Below are positions 1 to 9,665 of a stretch of 64,000 nt of DNA, piece after piece. Every line of letters starts with the position of its first letter. Positions within the stretch are counted from its first letter, which is position 1. The stretch covers positions 12,688-76,687 of the forward strand of contig JAICYB010000004.1 of the NCBI GenBank assembly GCA_025934435.1, written 5' to 3'. The position numbers were made by a program, and so were the translations under genes. The notes beneath the pieces are model-generated. The model was not told the origin of the DNA. It made no database searches and saw nothing but the letters and a program-made list of their open reading frames with translations. The stretch is from Actinomycetes bacterium (GTDB taxonomy: Bacteria > Actinomycetota > JAICYB01).

Positions 1-102
1 CGCCGAGCATCTCGGCGATCTCGGCCATGCCCATGAGGTGGTGCATGCAGGCACCATAAGCCAACTATTGCGCTATGTCAAGGGCTAACCCTTGACGATG
101 AG

Positions 103-510
103 CTAGCTCGCTGGGCCGAGGACGAAGAACTCGAGCGCGTTGTTGTCCGGGTCACGGAACGAAAGGCCCGCGCCGTAGGACGCCTCGACCACCCCGCCGT
201 GCTTGATCCCGATCTCGTCGAGCCGCGCTTCCCACGCCTTCAGCTCGTCGCGGTGCTGCAACGTGAAACCGACGTGATCGAGGCCGGGACGAAGCTCGTC
301 CATCGGATCGGTCGAGTGCAGGTTCTTGTGCTGATGGATGCCGAAGAGCGTTCCGTTCTCGAAGCCCCACACGACGTGGTGGTACGTGCCGGCGTCCTCC
401 ATCTCGTCGACGACCGGCTGCGCAGCGAACAGCTCCGAATACCACGGACGCGAAACTTCGAGATCGCGCACGGTCAACGCGACGTGGTGGATCCCATGGA
501 ACTCCGGCAT
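103..510 (-). CDS. VOC/glyoxalase-bleomycin resistance family protein
   Basis: 135-aa ORF; typical VOC-fold hallmarks (HHVAL..RDLE.S..WY, paired beta-alpha-beta-beta-beta modules). Confidence 0.75.
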   Translation of the reverse strand: MPEFHGIHHVALTVRDLEVSRPWYSELFAAQPVVDEMEDAGTYHHVVWGFENGTLFGIHQHKNLHSTDPMDELRPGLDHVGFTLQHRDELKAWEARLDEIGIKHGGVVEASYGAGLSFRDPDNNALEFFVLGPAS

Positions 511-522
511 CCTGCCCTCCTG

Positions 523-1377
523 TTAGACGAGTTGGTCGGCTACATCTTGCGGCAACAGGCCCACGGATGGAAGACGACGGAGGAGCTCTCTCCAGTGCCC
601 GGTCGGAGCGGCGTAGGCACGCTCGAGGAACGAACGTGCTTCGTCCACCTTGCCGAAGTTCGCGAGCATGACGCCCCGCCAGAACGTGAATTCCATGTTG
701 TCCGGCGCGCCTTCCTGCGCCACTTCGTACGCCTGCATCGCGGCTTCGAGGTCGCCCGCGGCGAGGTGGGCGTCCCCTTCGTTCATCGACACATACGACC
801 GGTGCACGCGGACGAGGCGACGCAGCTCGTGCAGCGGCTCGGGATCGTCCTCGACCCGCAGTTCGACGACGCCGGCGACGAGCAACGCCGACGACTGCCT
901 CCCGCGGATGTCGCCGCCCTCCGCCTCGGCGGCATCGAGCGCTGCGAGCAACCGATCGATCAGGTCGCCCGACGCGGCTTCGAAGGCCGATGCCATGGCG
1001 GACGGAACCGTGTCGCGAAGCATCATGTTCGCCTGGCACGAGTAGTTCTCGCCGACGACGTGGGACGCTTCGCCGAGGCACTCGGCCCCCGTGTGCGCGT
1101 GGACGTTCCCGGACGAATCGATCATCGCGACCTGCCGCCGTGACGACGCTTCGTCCGCGGCGAGGAGGGCGGACAACGCTTGCGGCGCCGTCTTGCCGCC
1201 CCGCATCAGCCCGAGGCCGAGCGGTCCGTAGGACGGCTCGCCGAAGGCTTGCGTCGCGACGGCGCCGACGCCCGGCTCGGCCCACGTGACGACCGAACCG
1301 GTCCCGAACCAGTGCGACTGGACGGCCACGCCGAGCTGCCCGGTGGACGGATCCCTCGCGACGATCGAATAGGTCAT
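523..1377 (-). CDS. DUF1028 family (Ntn-hydrolase-like) protein
   Basis: N-terminus MTYSIVARDPSTGQLGVAVQS is the characteristic DUF1028 start (Thr2 nucleophile). Confidence 0.65.
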   Translation of the reverse strand: MTYSIVARDPSTGQLGVAVQSHWFGTGSVVTWAEPGVGAVATQAFGEPSYGPLGLGLMRGGKTAPQALSALLAADEASSRRQVAMIDSSGNVHAHTGAECLGEASHVVGENYSCQANMMLRDTVPSAMASAFEAASGDLIDRLLAALDAAEAEGGDIRGRQSSALLVAGVVELRVEDDPEPLHELRRLVRVHRSYVSMNEGDAHLAAGDLEAAMQAYEVAQEGAPDNMEFTFWRGVMLANFGKVDEARSFLERAYAAPTGHWRELLRRLPSVGLLPQDVADQLV

Positions 1378-1394
1378 CTTTGGAATCTCCTTAG

Positions 1395-2366
1395 GTGGGT
1401 AATGTGCCCAGCGTGACGTACGAGCGCGGGTTGGTGCAGGTCGGCGACCGCACCTACGCGTTCCTCCAACCCGACGGCGGCTGGGGCTGGTCCAACGCAG
1501 GCCTCATCATCGGCAATGACGAGGCCGTCCTCGTGGATACCTTCATGGACCTCCGCAACACGCGCGAACTGCTCGACTCGATCGAATACGCGACCGATCG
1601 CCCCGTCCGCAACCTCGTGAACACGCATCACAACGCCGATCACACCTGGGGCAACCAGCTCGTCGAGGGCGCGCGGGTGATCGGACATCACCGCTGCCGC
1701 GCCGAGCTCATCACCGGGACGCAGCCGACGATGCTCGCCGCGCTCCAGAACGCCGATGACGTCGATGGCCCGCTGCGCTACATGAAGGAAGCGTTCGCGC
1801 CGTTCGATTTCAACGGGATCGACCTCGTTCCCCCGACCGTCACCTTCGAAGATCGGCTGTGGCTGCACCCGGGTGGCATCGGCGTGCGACTCGAGTACTT
1901 CGGTCCCTGCCACACGCTCGGCGACATCGTTGCGTGGGTGCCGGACGAGCGCGTGCTCTTCGCCGGCGACATCGCGTTCATCGAGTCGACCCCGCTCGTC
2001 TGGGAGGGGTCGATCCTGAACTGGATCGAAACGGTCGAAGCGCTGATCGCGCTGCGACCCGAGGTCATCGTTCCGGGACACGGCCCGGTCAGCGACATCA
2101 ACGGCCTGCGCTCGATGGAGGCGTATCTCCGGCATGTCGTGTCGGAGGGGGCCAAGCTCAAGGAGCAAGGGTTGACACCGCTCGAAGCCGCGTACGAGAT
2201 CGACCTCGGCGCCTACGCCTCGTGGACGGATCCCGAGCGCATCGTCCTCAACCTCATGCGCCTCTGGCTCGAGCTCGACGGACAGCGTCCCTCCACGCGT
2301 ATCGACGGTATCGACGCCTTCGGCGCGATGGCCGACTACAAAGGACGGCTACGCGCCGTTCCGTGA
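1395..2366 (+). CDS. MBL-fold metallo-hydrolase
   Basis: HHNADH (HxHxDH) zinc motif plus downstream His/Asp ligands; 323 aa. Confidence 0.8.
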   Translation: MGNVPSVTYERGLVQVGDRTYAFLQPDGGWGWSNAGLIIGNDEAVLVDTFMDLRNTRELLDSIEYATDRPVRNLVNTHHNADHTWGNQLVEGARVIGHHRCRAELITGTQPTMLAALQNADDVDGPLRYMKEAFAPFDFNGIDLVPPTVTFEDRLWLHPGGIGVRLEYFGPCHTLGDIVAWVPDERVLFAGDIAFIESTPLVWEGSILNWIETVEALIALRPEVIVPGHGPVSDINGLRSMEAYLRHVVSEGAKLKEQGLTPLEAAYEIDLGAYASWTDPERIVLNLMRLWLELDGQRPSTRIDGIDAFGAMADYKGRLRAVP

Positions 2367-2687
2367 GCCGTCGCGCAGCTTGCGACCGAGGAGCGTCTCG
2401 AGGATCTGGCGGTCGCCCGTCCAGTGCTCGGTCAGGAGCGGCTCCGGGATGCGACGGATCATCGCGCGCACGCCGACCGTGAGGACGACGAAGTCGTCCA
2501 GCTGACCGGCGATCGGGATCCAGTCCGGGATGACGTCGAACGGGAGCGCCAGGTAACCGGCGATCGCGATCAGTCCGCCGCGAACGGTCCAGGAGATGCG
2601 CTCGTCGCGCACCACGCGCCATAGCAGCCGGAGGATCTGCGGCAAGGCGAAGACAAGATCTCGTCGAGTCGCGTCACGGTCGCTCAT
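2349..2687 (-). CDS. DUF1232/YkvA-like small membrane protein
   Basis: Motif ALPFDVIPDWIPIAGQLDD typical of DUF1232; convergent 18-nt overlap with the MBL gene. Confidence 0.55.
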   Translation of the reverse strand: MSDRDATRRDLVFALPQILRLLWRVVRDERISWTVRGGLIAIAGYLALPFDVIPDWIPIAGQLDDFVVLTVGVRAMIRRIPEPLLTEHWTGDRQILETLLGRKLRDGSRNGA

Positions 2688-2737
2688 GGACGGGATGGTA
2701 CCCGGAACCTGCTGGTCTCGAATCTGTATCCTCCCGA

Positions 2738-3541
2738 GTGATGTTGACCGAAGAACGCCGGGGGCAGGTCCGCACCCGCGCGCGCGCAGCGATCGAACAG
2801 GCGACGCTCCGCAAGGACGCGTGGTGGGCCGAGCCGTTCGTCTCGATGGCCGTTCTCGGGATCTTCGTCGTCTACGCGACGTGGGCCGCGATCATCGGCA
2901 CGCACTACTACTCGGACCCGTACATCTCGCCCCTCTACGCGCCGTGCATCGCCGACCGCTGCGCGCACGTGTCGTTCCACATCATCGGATCATTCTGGCG
3001 CTGGTCGCCGGCGCTCCTGATCATCCTGTTCCCGCTCGGCTTCCGGACGACCTGCTACTTCTACCGTCGGGTCTACTACCGCGGGATGGGCATGCCGTCT
3101 GCGTGCGCGGTGCGCGAGCCGTGGCCGCGCTATCTCGGCGAGAGCAAGCGCCCGTTCATCGTCATGAACATCCACCGCTACTTCTTCTACGTCGCGTTCA
3201 TCCTCGCGCTGCTGCACTGGTCGGACTTCGTCCTGTCCTTCCACTTCAAAGCGGGATGGGGGATCGGCTTTGGGACGCTGCTCATGGGGCTCGACACGGT
3301 CCTGCTTTCGCTCTACGTCCTGTCGTGTCACGCCGGACGTCACTTCCTCGGCGGACACGTCGACAAGTTCTCGCAGGCGCCTATCCGTTACCGTCTCTGG
3401 AAGCTCTCGTCCTACTTCAACCCGAAGCACGGGCCGATCGCGTGGGCGAGTCTCGTGAGCGTCATGCTCGTCGACATCTACGTGCGGCTCCTCTCGTACG
3501 GCGTCTTCCACGACCCGCACCTCATCCTGCTGGGCAAGTGA
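2738..3541 (+). CDS. succinate dehydrogenase/fumarate reductase membrane anchor (cytochrome b-like) subunit
   Basis: Polytopic membrane protein with His-rich TM segments immediately upstream of sdhA/sdhB; mycobacterial Rv0249c-type three-gene arrangement. Confidence 0.55.
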   Translation: MMLTEERRGQVRTRARAAIEQATLRKDAWWAEPFVSMAVLGIFVVYATWAAIIGTHYYSDPYISPLYAPCIADRCAHVSFHIIGSFWRWSPALLIILFPLGFRTTCYFYRRVYYRGMGMPSACAVREPWPRYLGESKRPFIVMNIHRYFFYVAFILALLHWSDFVLSFHFKAGWGIGFGTLLMGLDTVLLSLYVLSCHAGRHFLGGHVDKFSQAPIRYRLWKLSSYFNPKHGPIAWASLVSVMLVDIYVRLLSYGVFHDPHLILLGK

Positions 3542-5346
3542 TGATCGATCACGAGACGCATACCTACGACGTCGTCGTCATCGGCGCGGGTGGTGCGGGG
3601 ATGCGAGCCGCGATCGAAGCCTCCGGCAACGGCGCGAAGACGGCCCTGGTGTGCAAGTCGCTCCTCGGCAAAGCACACACGGTGATGGCCGAGGGTGGGA
3701 TCGCCGCGGCGATGGGCAACGTCTACCCGCAGGACAACTGGAAGGTGCACTTCCGCGACACCATGCGTGGCGGGAAGTTCCTCAACAACTGGCGCATGGC
3801 GCAGCTGCACGCACAAGAAGCACCGGAACGGGTGTGGGAGCTCGAGGATTGGGGCGCGCTGTTCGACCGCACGGCCGACGGCAAGATCTCGCAGCGCGAC
3901 TTCGGCGGACATCGGTACGCACGCCTGGCGCATGTCGGCGACCGTTCGGGTCTCGAGATGATCAGGACGTTGCAGCAGCACGCCGTCGGTGAGGGTCAGA
4001 TCGACGTGTTCATGGAATGCACGTTGGTCGAGCTCCTGCTCGACGATTCGGGTGCCGTCTGCGGCGCGTTCGGCTACTGGCGTCCGACGGGTGACTTCAT
4101 CTCGTTCGCCTGCAAAGCCGTCGTGATGGCGACGGGCGGGATCGGACGAGCGTGGAAGGTCACCTCGAACTCGTGGGAGTACTCGGGGGACGGCCACGCG
4201 ATGGCGCTCCGCGCCGGCGCCGAGCTCATCGACATGGAATTCATCCAGTTCCACCCGACCGGGATGGTGTGGCCGCCTTCTATCCGCGGGGCGCTCGTGA
4301 CCGAGAGCGTTCGCGGCGACGGTGGGATCCTCACGAACAAGTTCGGCGACCGCTTCATGTTCAACTACGTCCCCGACCTGTTCCGCAAAGAGACGGCCGA
4401 AACCGAGGAGGAAGCCGACCTCTGGTACAAGGACCACTCCGCGGCTCGCCGTACACCCGACCTCCTCCCGCGCGACGAGGTAGCGCGAGCGATCAACGCC
4501 GAGGTGAAGGCCGGACGGGGCTCCCCGCACGGCGGTGTGTACCTCGACGTGTCGTCGCGTCTGTCCGCGGACGTGATCAAGCGCCGGCTCCCGTCGATGT
4601 ACCACCAGTTCCTCGAACTTGCCGACGTCGACATCACGAAGGAGCCGATGGAGATCGCTCCGACGTGTCACTACACGATGGGCGGCATCCGCGTCGATGC
4701 CGAAACCGAAGCGACGACCATCCCCGGCCTGTTCGCATGCGGCGAATCCGCGGGCGGCATGCACGGCGCGAACCGGCTCGGCGGGAACTCTCTTTCCGAT
4801 CTGCTGGTGTTCGGCAAGCGTGCGGGCGAGCACGCCGCGCAGTACGCGGCCGGCAAGGCCGGCGCGCCCACGATCCCGGAAACGCAGGTGACCGACGCCA
4901 CACGCGAAGTCCTCGCACCGTTCGAGCGCGTCGACGGTGAGAACCCCTACACGGTTCTGAACGACATGCAGGAGATGCTGCACAACCTTGTCGGCATCAT
5001 CCGGATCGAAGCCGAGCTGAAGGAAGCGCTCGAGCGCTTCGTCGAGCTCAAGGAGCGGGCCGGAAAGGTTCGCGTGATCGGGACGCGCGCGTACAACCCG
5101 GGATGGAACACGGCGATCGACCTGCGCAACATGCTCATGGTCGCCGAGGGCTGCACGAAAGCGGCGCTCGCCCGGCGGGAGAGCCGCGGCGGTCACACCC
5201 GCGAGGACTTCCCGGTCACCGATCCCGAGTTCGCGAAGATCAACCATGCGGTTCGCTACGAGAACGGCGAGGTGACGATCACACCGACACCGTTGCCGCA
5301 GATGCCGGACGATCTGCGTCAGATCGTCGAGGAGAACCCAGAGTGA
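3541..5346 (+). CDS. sdhA: succinate dehydrogenase/fumarate reductase flavoprotein subunit
   Basis: N-terminal FAD Rossmann motif (VVVIGAGGAGMRAAIEA); covalent-FAD His region; conserved active-site Arg/His residues; TGATG overlap with the anchor gene. The track ORF 2596..5346 is an upstream over-extension. Confidence 0.9.
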   Translation: MIDHETHTYDVVVIGAGGAGMRAAIEASGNGAKTALVCKSLLGKAHTVMAEGGIAAAMGNVYPQDNWKVHFRDTMRGGKFLNNWRMAQLHAQEAPERVWELEDWGALFDRTADGKISQRDFGGHRYARLAHVGDRSGLEMIRTLQQHAVGEGQIDVFMECTLVELLLDDSGAVCGAFGYWRPTGDFISFACKAVVMATGGIGRAWKVTSNSWEYSGDGHAMALRAGAELIDMEFIQFHPTGMVWPPSIRGALVTESVRGDGGILTNKFGDRFMFNYVPDLFRKETAETEEEADLWYKDHSAARRTPDLLPRDEVARAINAEVKAGRGSPHGGVYLDVSSRLSADVIKRRLPSMYHQFLELADVDITKEPMEIAPTCHYTMGGIRVDAETEATTIPGLFACGESAGGMHGANRLGGNSLSDLLVFGKRAGEHAAQYAAGKAGAPTIPETQVTDATREVLAPFERVDGENPYTVLNDMQEMLHNLVGIIRIEAELKEALERFVELKERAGKVRVIGTRAYNPGWNTAIDLRNMLMVAEGCTKAALARRESRGGHTREDFPVTDPEFAKINHAVRYENGEVTITPTPLPQMPDDLRQIVEENPE

Positions 5347-6161
5347 CCCTCATCCAGAAGGGAAGCGGCCTCGGGCAGTGGTCCGCGGAGCGCAAGGCGG
5401 AAGCCACCGGACAGAAGGTGGCGACGATGCGCGTGTGGCGCGGTGATGCGACCGGCGGACGATTCGAAGAGTTCCAGGTCCCCTACGAGGACGGCGAGGT
5501 CGTCCTCGACATCCTTCACCGCATCCAAGCGACGCAAGCGAGCGACCTCGCCGTGCGCTGGAACTGCAAAGCCGGCAAGTGCGGATCGTGCTCGGCGGAA
5601 GTCAACGGGAAGCCCCGTCTCACGTGCATGACGCGCATGTCGATCTTCGAGTCCGGCGATCCGATCACGGTCAATCCGCTGCGGACCTTCCCCGTCATCA
5701 AAGATCTCGTGACCGACGTTTCTTTCAACTACGAGGTCGCCGCGAAGATCCGCCCGCTGAAGCCCGTGGCGCCCGCCGGCGACGACGGTCACCACCGCAT
5801 GTTCCAGGAAGACGTCAACCGCGGGCAGGAGTTCCGCAAGTGCATCGAATGCTTCCTCTGCCAGAACGTGTGCCACGTGATCCGCGACCACGAGGAGAAC
5901 AAGCAACACTTCGCGGGGCCGCGCTTCTTCATCCGCATGGCCGAGCTCGATATGCACCCACTCGACACCGAGCCGAACCGCGCGGAGCGCGCACAGGACG
6001 ACTTCGGTCTCGGCTATTGCAACATCACGAAGTGCTGCACCGATGTCTGTCCGGAGCACATCCACATCACCGACAACGGGATCATCCCCATGAAGGAACG
6101 GGCCATGAGCGCGAAGTACGACCCGATCCCGTGGATCATCCGGAAGATCCGCCGGAGGTAG
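5343..6161 (+). CDS. sdhB: succinate dehydrogenase/fumarate reductase iron-sulfur subunit
   Basis: 2Fe-2S motif CKAGKCGSCSAEVNG; 4Fe-4S/3Fe-4S Cys clusters (CIECFLCQNVCH, CNITKCCTDVCP); GTG start overlapping the sdhA stop. Confidence 0.85.
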   Translation: MTLIQKGSGLGQWSAERKAEATGQKVATMRVWRGDATGGRFEEFQVPYEDGEVVLDILHRIQATQASDLAVRWNCKAGKCGSCSAEVNGKPRLTCMTRMSIFESGDPITVNPLRTFPVIKDLVTDVSFNYEVAAKIRPLKPVAPAGDDGHHRMFQEDVNRGQEFRKCIECFLCQNVCHVIRDHEENKQHFAGPRFFIRMAELDMHPLDTEPNRAERAQDDFGLGYCNITKCCTDVCPEHIHITDNGIIPMKERAMSAKYDPIPWIIRKIRRR

Positions 6162-6377
6162 TCAGCCCGCGAGGGCTTCGTCCTCGCCGTCCGGCTGGAA
6201 GATCTCTTCGATCTGCAGTTCGAAGAGGCTCGCGATCTTGAAGGCGAGTGGAAGGCTCGGGTCGTACTTCCCCTTCTCGATCGACACGATCGTTTGACGA
6301 GAAACGTCGAGCCGCTCCGCGAGATCGGCCTGCGTCCAATCACGCTCGGCGCGTAGGACCGGCAGCCGGTTCCTCAT
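6162..6377 (-). CDS. XRE-family HTH transcriptional regulator (small, Cro/C1-type)
   Basis: Motif QADLAERLDVSRQTIVSIEKGKYDPSLPLAFKIASLFELQIEEIF; probable start MRNRL internal to the track ORF 6162..6416; start overlaps the upstream membrane-protein stop. Confidence 0.7.
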   Translation of the reverse strand: MRNRLPVLRAERDWTQADLAERLDVSRQTIVSIEKGKYDPSLPLAFKIASLFELQIEEIFQPDGEDEALAG

Positions 6378-6943
6378 GTCCGCATGAGCCAGAGGACGAC
6401 GTACGTCACGAGCCACACGCCGGCGACGACCGGCACCACGATGAGCAGATCGGGGGCCGCGAAGTGGTAGACGCGGCCGAGGATCGCATAGCCGAGCCCG
6501 CCGACCACGAACGCGCCGAGCGCGACGACGGCTGATCGCGCGAGGACCGTACGTTGGAACTCGTCGCCCTGCTGTTCGACGAGGACTGCGAGGAGCGGGA
6601 GCGGCGCCAGGAAGAAGAGGACGGCGACGGCTCCAAGAACCGCATGGCTGGCGACGTTCGGATGACGTCCGATGGTGACGCCCAGCCCTACCGCAAAGAT
6701 GAAGGTCGACACCAACGTGAGAGGCTCGATCTTGCGCCCGCGACGACGACCGACGACCGACTGCGTCGTCATGCCGAGCAGGAAGAACGCGTCTCCGGCG
6801 ATCAAGAATCGAGCACCGCGGATCGAGTTGTCCGGCGCCGCAGCACCGAGACCGAGAAGGACGACAGCGACGGCGAAGATCACGAGGAACATCGCGCGCT
6901 CGGGCGCGCTGAACCGTCGCGAAGTGTCGCGCTGCTCGCTCAT
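6374..6943 (-). CDS. polytopic membrane protein; paralogue of the 7697..10243 family
   Basis: About 6 predicted TM helices and no soluble domain. Shares a C-terminal block with four upstream paralogues: DE.QR...S..AF...P.L....W. Confidence 0.55.
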   Translation of the reverse strand: MSEQRDTSRRFSAPERAMFLVIFAVAVVLLGLGAAAPDNSIRGARFLIAGDAFFLLGMTTQSVVGRRRGRKIEPLTLVSTFIFAVGLGVTIGRHPNVASHAVLGAVAVLFFLAPLPLLAVLVEQQGDEFQRTVLARSAVVALGAFVVGGLGYAILGRVYHFAAPDLLIVVPVVAGVWLVTYVVLWLMRT

Positions 6944-7629
6944 GCCGGCTCGATCAGATAGAGATGCCGCTGGCCGACGCCCTTGAGGTCGTGCGAGCCG
7001 GCGTCCTTCAGCGGTTCGTCCGTCGCCGTCGCCGTGGCCTCGGAAACGAGGATCTGCCCGCCCTTCGCCGCACTACAGACGCGGGCCGCTTCGTGGACCG
7101 CGAGACCAACGAAGCGGTTGCCGACAGCGAAGGCTTCGCCCGTGTGGATCCCGATGCGGATCTTCACCTGCGCGCCGCGCGGCCAAGATTCCGCGGCGAT
7201 CGCGCGTTGCGCCGCGAGCGCCGCCGCCATCGCATCTTCCGGACGTTCGAACGCGGCGAAGCTCGCGTCCCCCGAATCGTCGACGACGCGCCCACCGTGG
7301 GATGTCAGCGCCTCGATGAGGATCTCGCGGTGTCGTCGCAGGACGTCGACGTAATCTTCGCCGAGCTCGCTCGCGAGCGCCGTCGACTCCACGATGTCTG
7401 TCATCACGAATGTGGCGGTTGTCCGTTCGGTGTCTTCGGACGCCGCCGGGAAGATGTCCTCGACCGCTACGCGGAAGAAGCGAGCAAGTTCCTTCGCGAG
7501 CGGGAGGCTCGGATCGTACTTGCCCTTCTCGATCGAGACGATCGTCTGGCGCGAGACGTTGACGGCATCGGCGAGATCGGCCTGCGCGATGTCGCGCCGC
7601 GTCCTGAAGGCGGCAAGTCGGTTGAGCAT
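6940..7629 (-). CDS. XRE-HTH / class-III nucleotide cyclase fusion protein
   Basis: N-terminal HTH nearly identical to the 6162 regulator (VSRQTIVSIEKGKYDPSLPLA). C-terminal ~155 aa carry adenylate/guanylate cyclase catalytic-domain hallmarks (FVMTDIVEST...DDSGD...RIGIHTGEAFAVGNRFVGLAVHEAARV). ATGA overlap with the downstream membrane gene. Confidence 0.7.
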   Translation of the reverse strand: MLNRLAAFRTRRDIAQADLADAVNVSRQTIVSIEKGKYDPSLPLAKELARFFRVAVEDIFPAASEDTERTTATFVMTDIVESTALASELGEDYVDVLRRHREILIEALTSHGGRVVDDSGDASFAAFERPEDAMAAALAAQRAIAAESWPRGAQVKIRIGIHTGEAFAVGNRFVGLAVHEAARVCSAAKGGQILVSEATATATDEPLKDAGSHDLKGVGQRHLYLIEPA

Positions 7630-7696
7630 CAGGCCTCCGCCACCCGGACGGCAGCTTGGTCGATGAGCTCCGTCCGTCTGCGGTGCGTCCGGCGGA

Positions 7697-8314
7697 TCAC
7701 ATGCGCCTCTTCAGGACGAACAACGCGGCGAACCAAGCAACCGCTGCGGTGATGAAGACGTATGACGGCTCGAGCTTCGGGCCGATGTTCGAAGACTGCA
7801 GGAACGCGAACACCATCACGACCGCGAGCGTCGCGAGGAACGCGAATGCGAGGGAACCGTTGACGAGGGCGCGCTGACGCTCGTCCTCCGAGCGGCGCAA
7901 GCGGTACACACCGATGCCGACCGAAACGACGAGGCACAACAAGATCACGAGCGAGAACGCGGTCAACCACGCCGGCCGGCCGTGCGCGTAGTTCGCCGTC
8001 GCGCGGTCGAACGCGAGGAAGAGCGAGAGTGAGAAGCTCACGGTGATCGAACCGTCCGGCCGTGCCGTTGCTTGACGAGCCTTGCGCCAGAGATCCGCCA
8101 TATCGACCACGCCGCTGACGAAGAACCCCAGCGCCATCAGCCCGCGGTCGCGCGGTGTCCCTGTCTTGGATCCCGTCGCGATCCATGCGATGAGCGCCGC
8201 GACGAAGGCGCCATCACCGACGACCTTCACGAGCCATCCGAGCAGGCTCCGTTTGTCCTTCGCGACGTCGGTACTCACATGCGCCTCTGCAGGACGAACC
8301 ACGCACCGAACCAC
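7697..8314 (-). CDS. paralogous polytopic membrane protein 1
   Basis: 205-aa ORF, 4-5 TM helices; C-terminus ...SEDERQRALVNGSLAFAF...WFAALFVLKRRM is conserved with its neighbours. Confidence 0.5.
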   Translation of the reverse strand: MVRCVVRPAEAHVSTDVAKDKRSLLGWLVKVVGDGAFVAALIAWIATGSKTGTPRDRGLMALGFFVSGVVDMADLWRKARQATARPDGSITVSFSLSLFLAFDRATANYAHGRPAWLTAFSLVILLCLVVSVGIGVYRLRRSEDERQRALVNGSLAFAFLATLAVVMVFAFLQSSNIGPKLEPSYVFITAAVAWFAALFVLKRRM

Positions 8315-9069
8315 GACGTTGTCGCCGTCGCGATCACGTAGTCGGGACGTAGCGACGGCCCCACCTTCAGCGCTTCGAGCAACGAGAACGTGAGGACGAG
8401 GGTCATCGTCACGATGAAAGCGAACGCCAACGATCGGTTCGCGATCAGCGACTCTCGCTCGTCACTGCGCCGGATCCATTCGATCACGGCGTACGGGGTC
8501 GTTGCGATGAGCCCGACCACCAACACGATGCCGAGGGCCGTGAGCCACGCCGGCTGCGATCGATGTGGCTGGGGCGTCGTGAGCTCGAAGGCCATCGCGA
8601 GCCCAGCGAGTGCCGCGACCCCAACGGGAACGTGCCGACGGTTTCGCGATAGGGCGGAACCCTTGGAAGATCGAGCGGACGCGATCTCGGCCCCCGACCA
8701 CATGAGGAAGCAAATCGCGCCGGCGAGACGGATCAACGAATCGTGCCCATTCCCGGACTCCCACGCGTACGCCGCAAGCCCGGCGAGGAACGCGTACTCA
8801 CTGACGAACCTGAGGACGTTCTTGCCGAGCGACGCCGTGCCTCGTGAGCGCTTCTCGCCCGTGCGCGCGCGACTCCGAACGGCTCGCGCCCATCCCGCCG
8901 CGTATCCCGCGACGATGATGGTGGCGATGCCGGTATAGGACGCAGCGTCCCGATTCTTCTGCGGGACGAGGAACCCGACCATCGCCGCGAGACCGACGAC
9001 GACCGCGCCGGTCAGGAGGATGAAGATCAGGCGGTCCTCAGCCCAGAAGTCGCGGATCTTCGCCTTCAC
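8275..9069 (-). CDS. paralogous polytopic membrane protein 2
   Basis: Track ORF 8275..9675 is over-extended. A GTG at 9069 overlaps the upstream stop (GTGA); an alternative ATG lies near 8982. C-terminus ...SDERESLIANRSLAFAF...WFGAWFVLQRRM. Confidence 0.45.
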   Translation of the reverse strand: MKAKIRDFWAEDRLIFILLTGAVVVGLAAMVGFLVPQKNRDAASYTGIATIIVAGYAAGWARAVRSRARTGEKRSRGTASLGKNVLRFVSEYAFLAGLAAYAWESGNGHDSLIRLAGAICFLMWSGAEIASARSSKGSALSRNRRHVPVGVAALAGLAMAFELTTPQPHRSQPAWLTALGIVLVVGLIATTPYAVIEWIRRSDERESLIANRSLAFAFIVTMTLVLTFSLLEALKVGPSLRPDYVIATATTSWFGAWFVLQRRM

Positions 9070-9665
9070 GAGTACCTCCGCCGGAAGACCAGCGACGAGA
9101 CGACCCACGACACCATCCCGACGGTGAAGACGAGCCACATCGAAAGCTTCGGTGCTTTGAACCACGCTTCGAGGAGGCCGTACGACAGCGCGAAAAGCAT
9201 CGTGACGAAGAAGGCGATCGTGATCGACTCCGTGAACATGAGCCGGTCGACCTCTTTGCTCCGACGACCTCCAAGGAACGCGCTCAGCGTTCCGGCCACA
9301 GACGACACGATCGTCCCCGCGGCGATCGCGATGAGCGCCCACGTCGGCTGCGGCTTGTGCGACTGAAAGATGCTCCCCGCGCCGACGAGGACGAAGTAGA
9401 AGCCGAAGCAGGCGAGGCTTATCGAACGAGTCGCGGCGATGAGCGTCGAGACGAGCAGCGCCCCGATCACCATCGCGACGATCGCGACGGGCGTTCGCCA
9501 GGAGCGCGGGCCGAAGCCGGCGATCAGGCCGAGCGCCAAGCCGGAGATACCGACGGTGAACGTCAGGTATCGGAACCAGGCTCCAGCGAACTGACCGGCT
9601 CGGTACGCCTTGCTCGGTTCGTTCACGAGTACCGCCGCCTGAACAACCATTCGAGCGTCGCCCAC
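9066..9665 (-). CDS. paralogous polytopic membrane protein 3
   Basis: 199-aa ORF; C-terminus ...VDRLMFTESITIAFF...VSSLVFRRRYS. Confidence 0.5.
   Translation of the reverse strand: MGDARMVVQAAVLVNEPSKAYRAGQFAGAWFRYLTFTVGISGLALGLIAGFGPRSWRTPVAIVAMVIGALLVSTLIAATRSISLACFGFYFVLVGAGSIFQSHKPQPTWALIAIAAGTIVSSVAGTLSAFLGGRRSKEVDRLMFTESITIAFFVTMLFALSYGLLEAWFKAPKLSMWLVFTVGMVSWVVSSLVFRRRYS

Noticed and set aside
81-100. Perfect 8-bp inverted repeat gtcaaggg-ctaa-cccttgac just downstream of the glyoxalase stop
   Set aside because: No flanking T-tract on either strand, so it cannot be called an intrinsic terminator with confidence. It may be a protein-binding palindrome, but there is nothing else to support that.
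152-1285. Several long Arg/Ala/Pro-rich ORFs on the opposite strand of real genes (e.g. 152..1285, 11747..12520, 19538..20482, 24548..28573, 35661..35906)
   Set aside because: They overlap well-supported genes and have Arg/Gly/Pro-dominated composition with no motifs. They are classic GC-rich shadow ORFs.
2596-5346. 916-aa track ORF spanning the sdhC-like gene region in another frame and continuing into sdhA
   Set aside because: The N-terminal 315 aa are Arg/Pro-rich GC-frame filler overlapping a well-supported membrane-anchor gene. sdhA begins at the ATG 3541 (MIDHETH...) with a TGATG junction.
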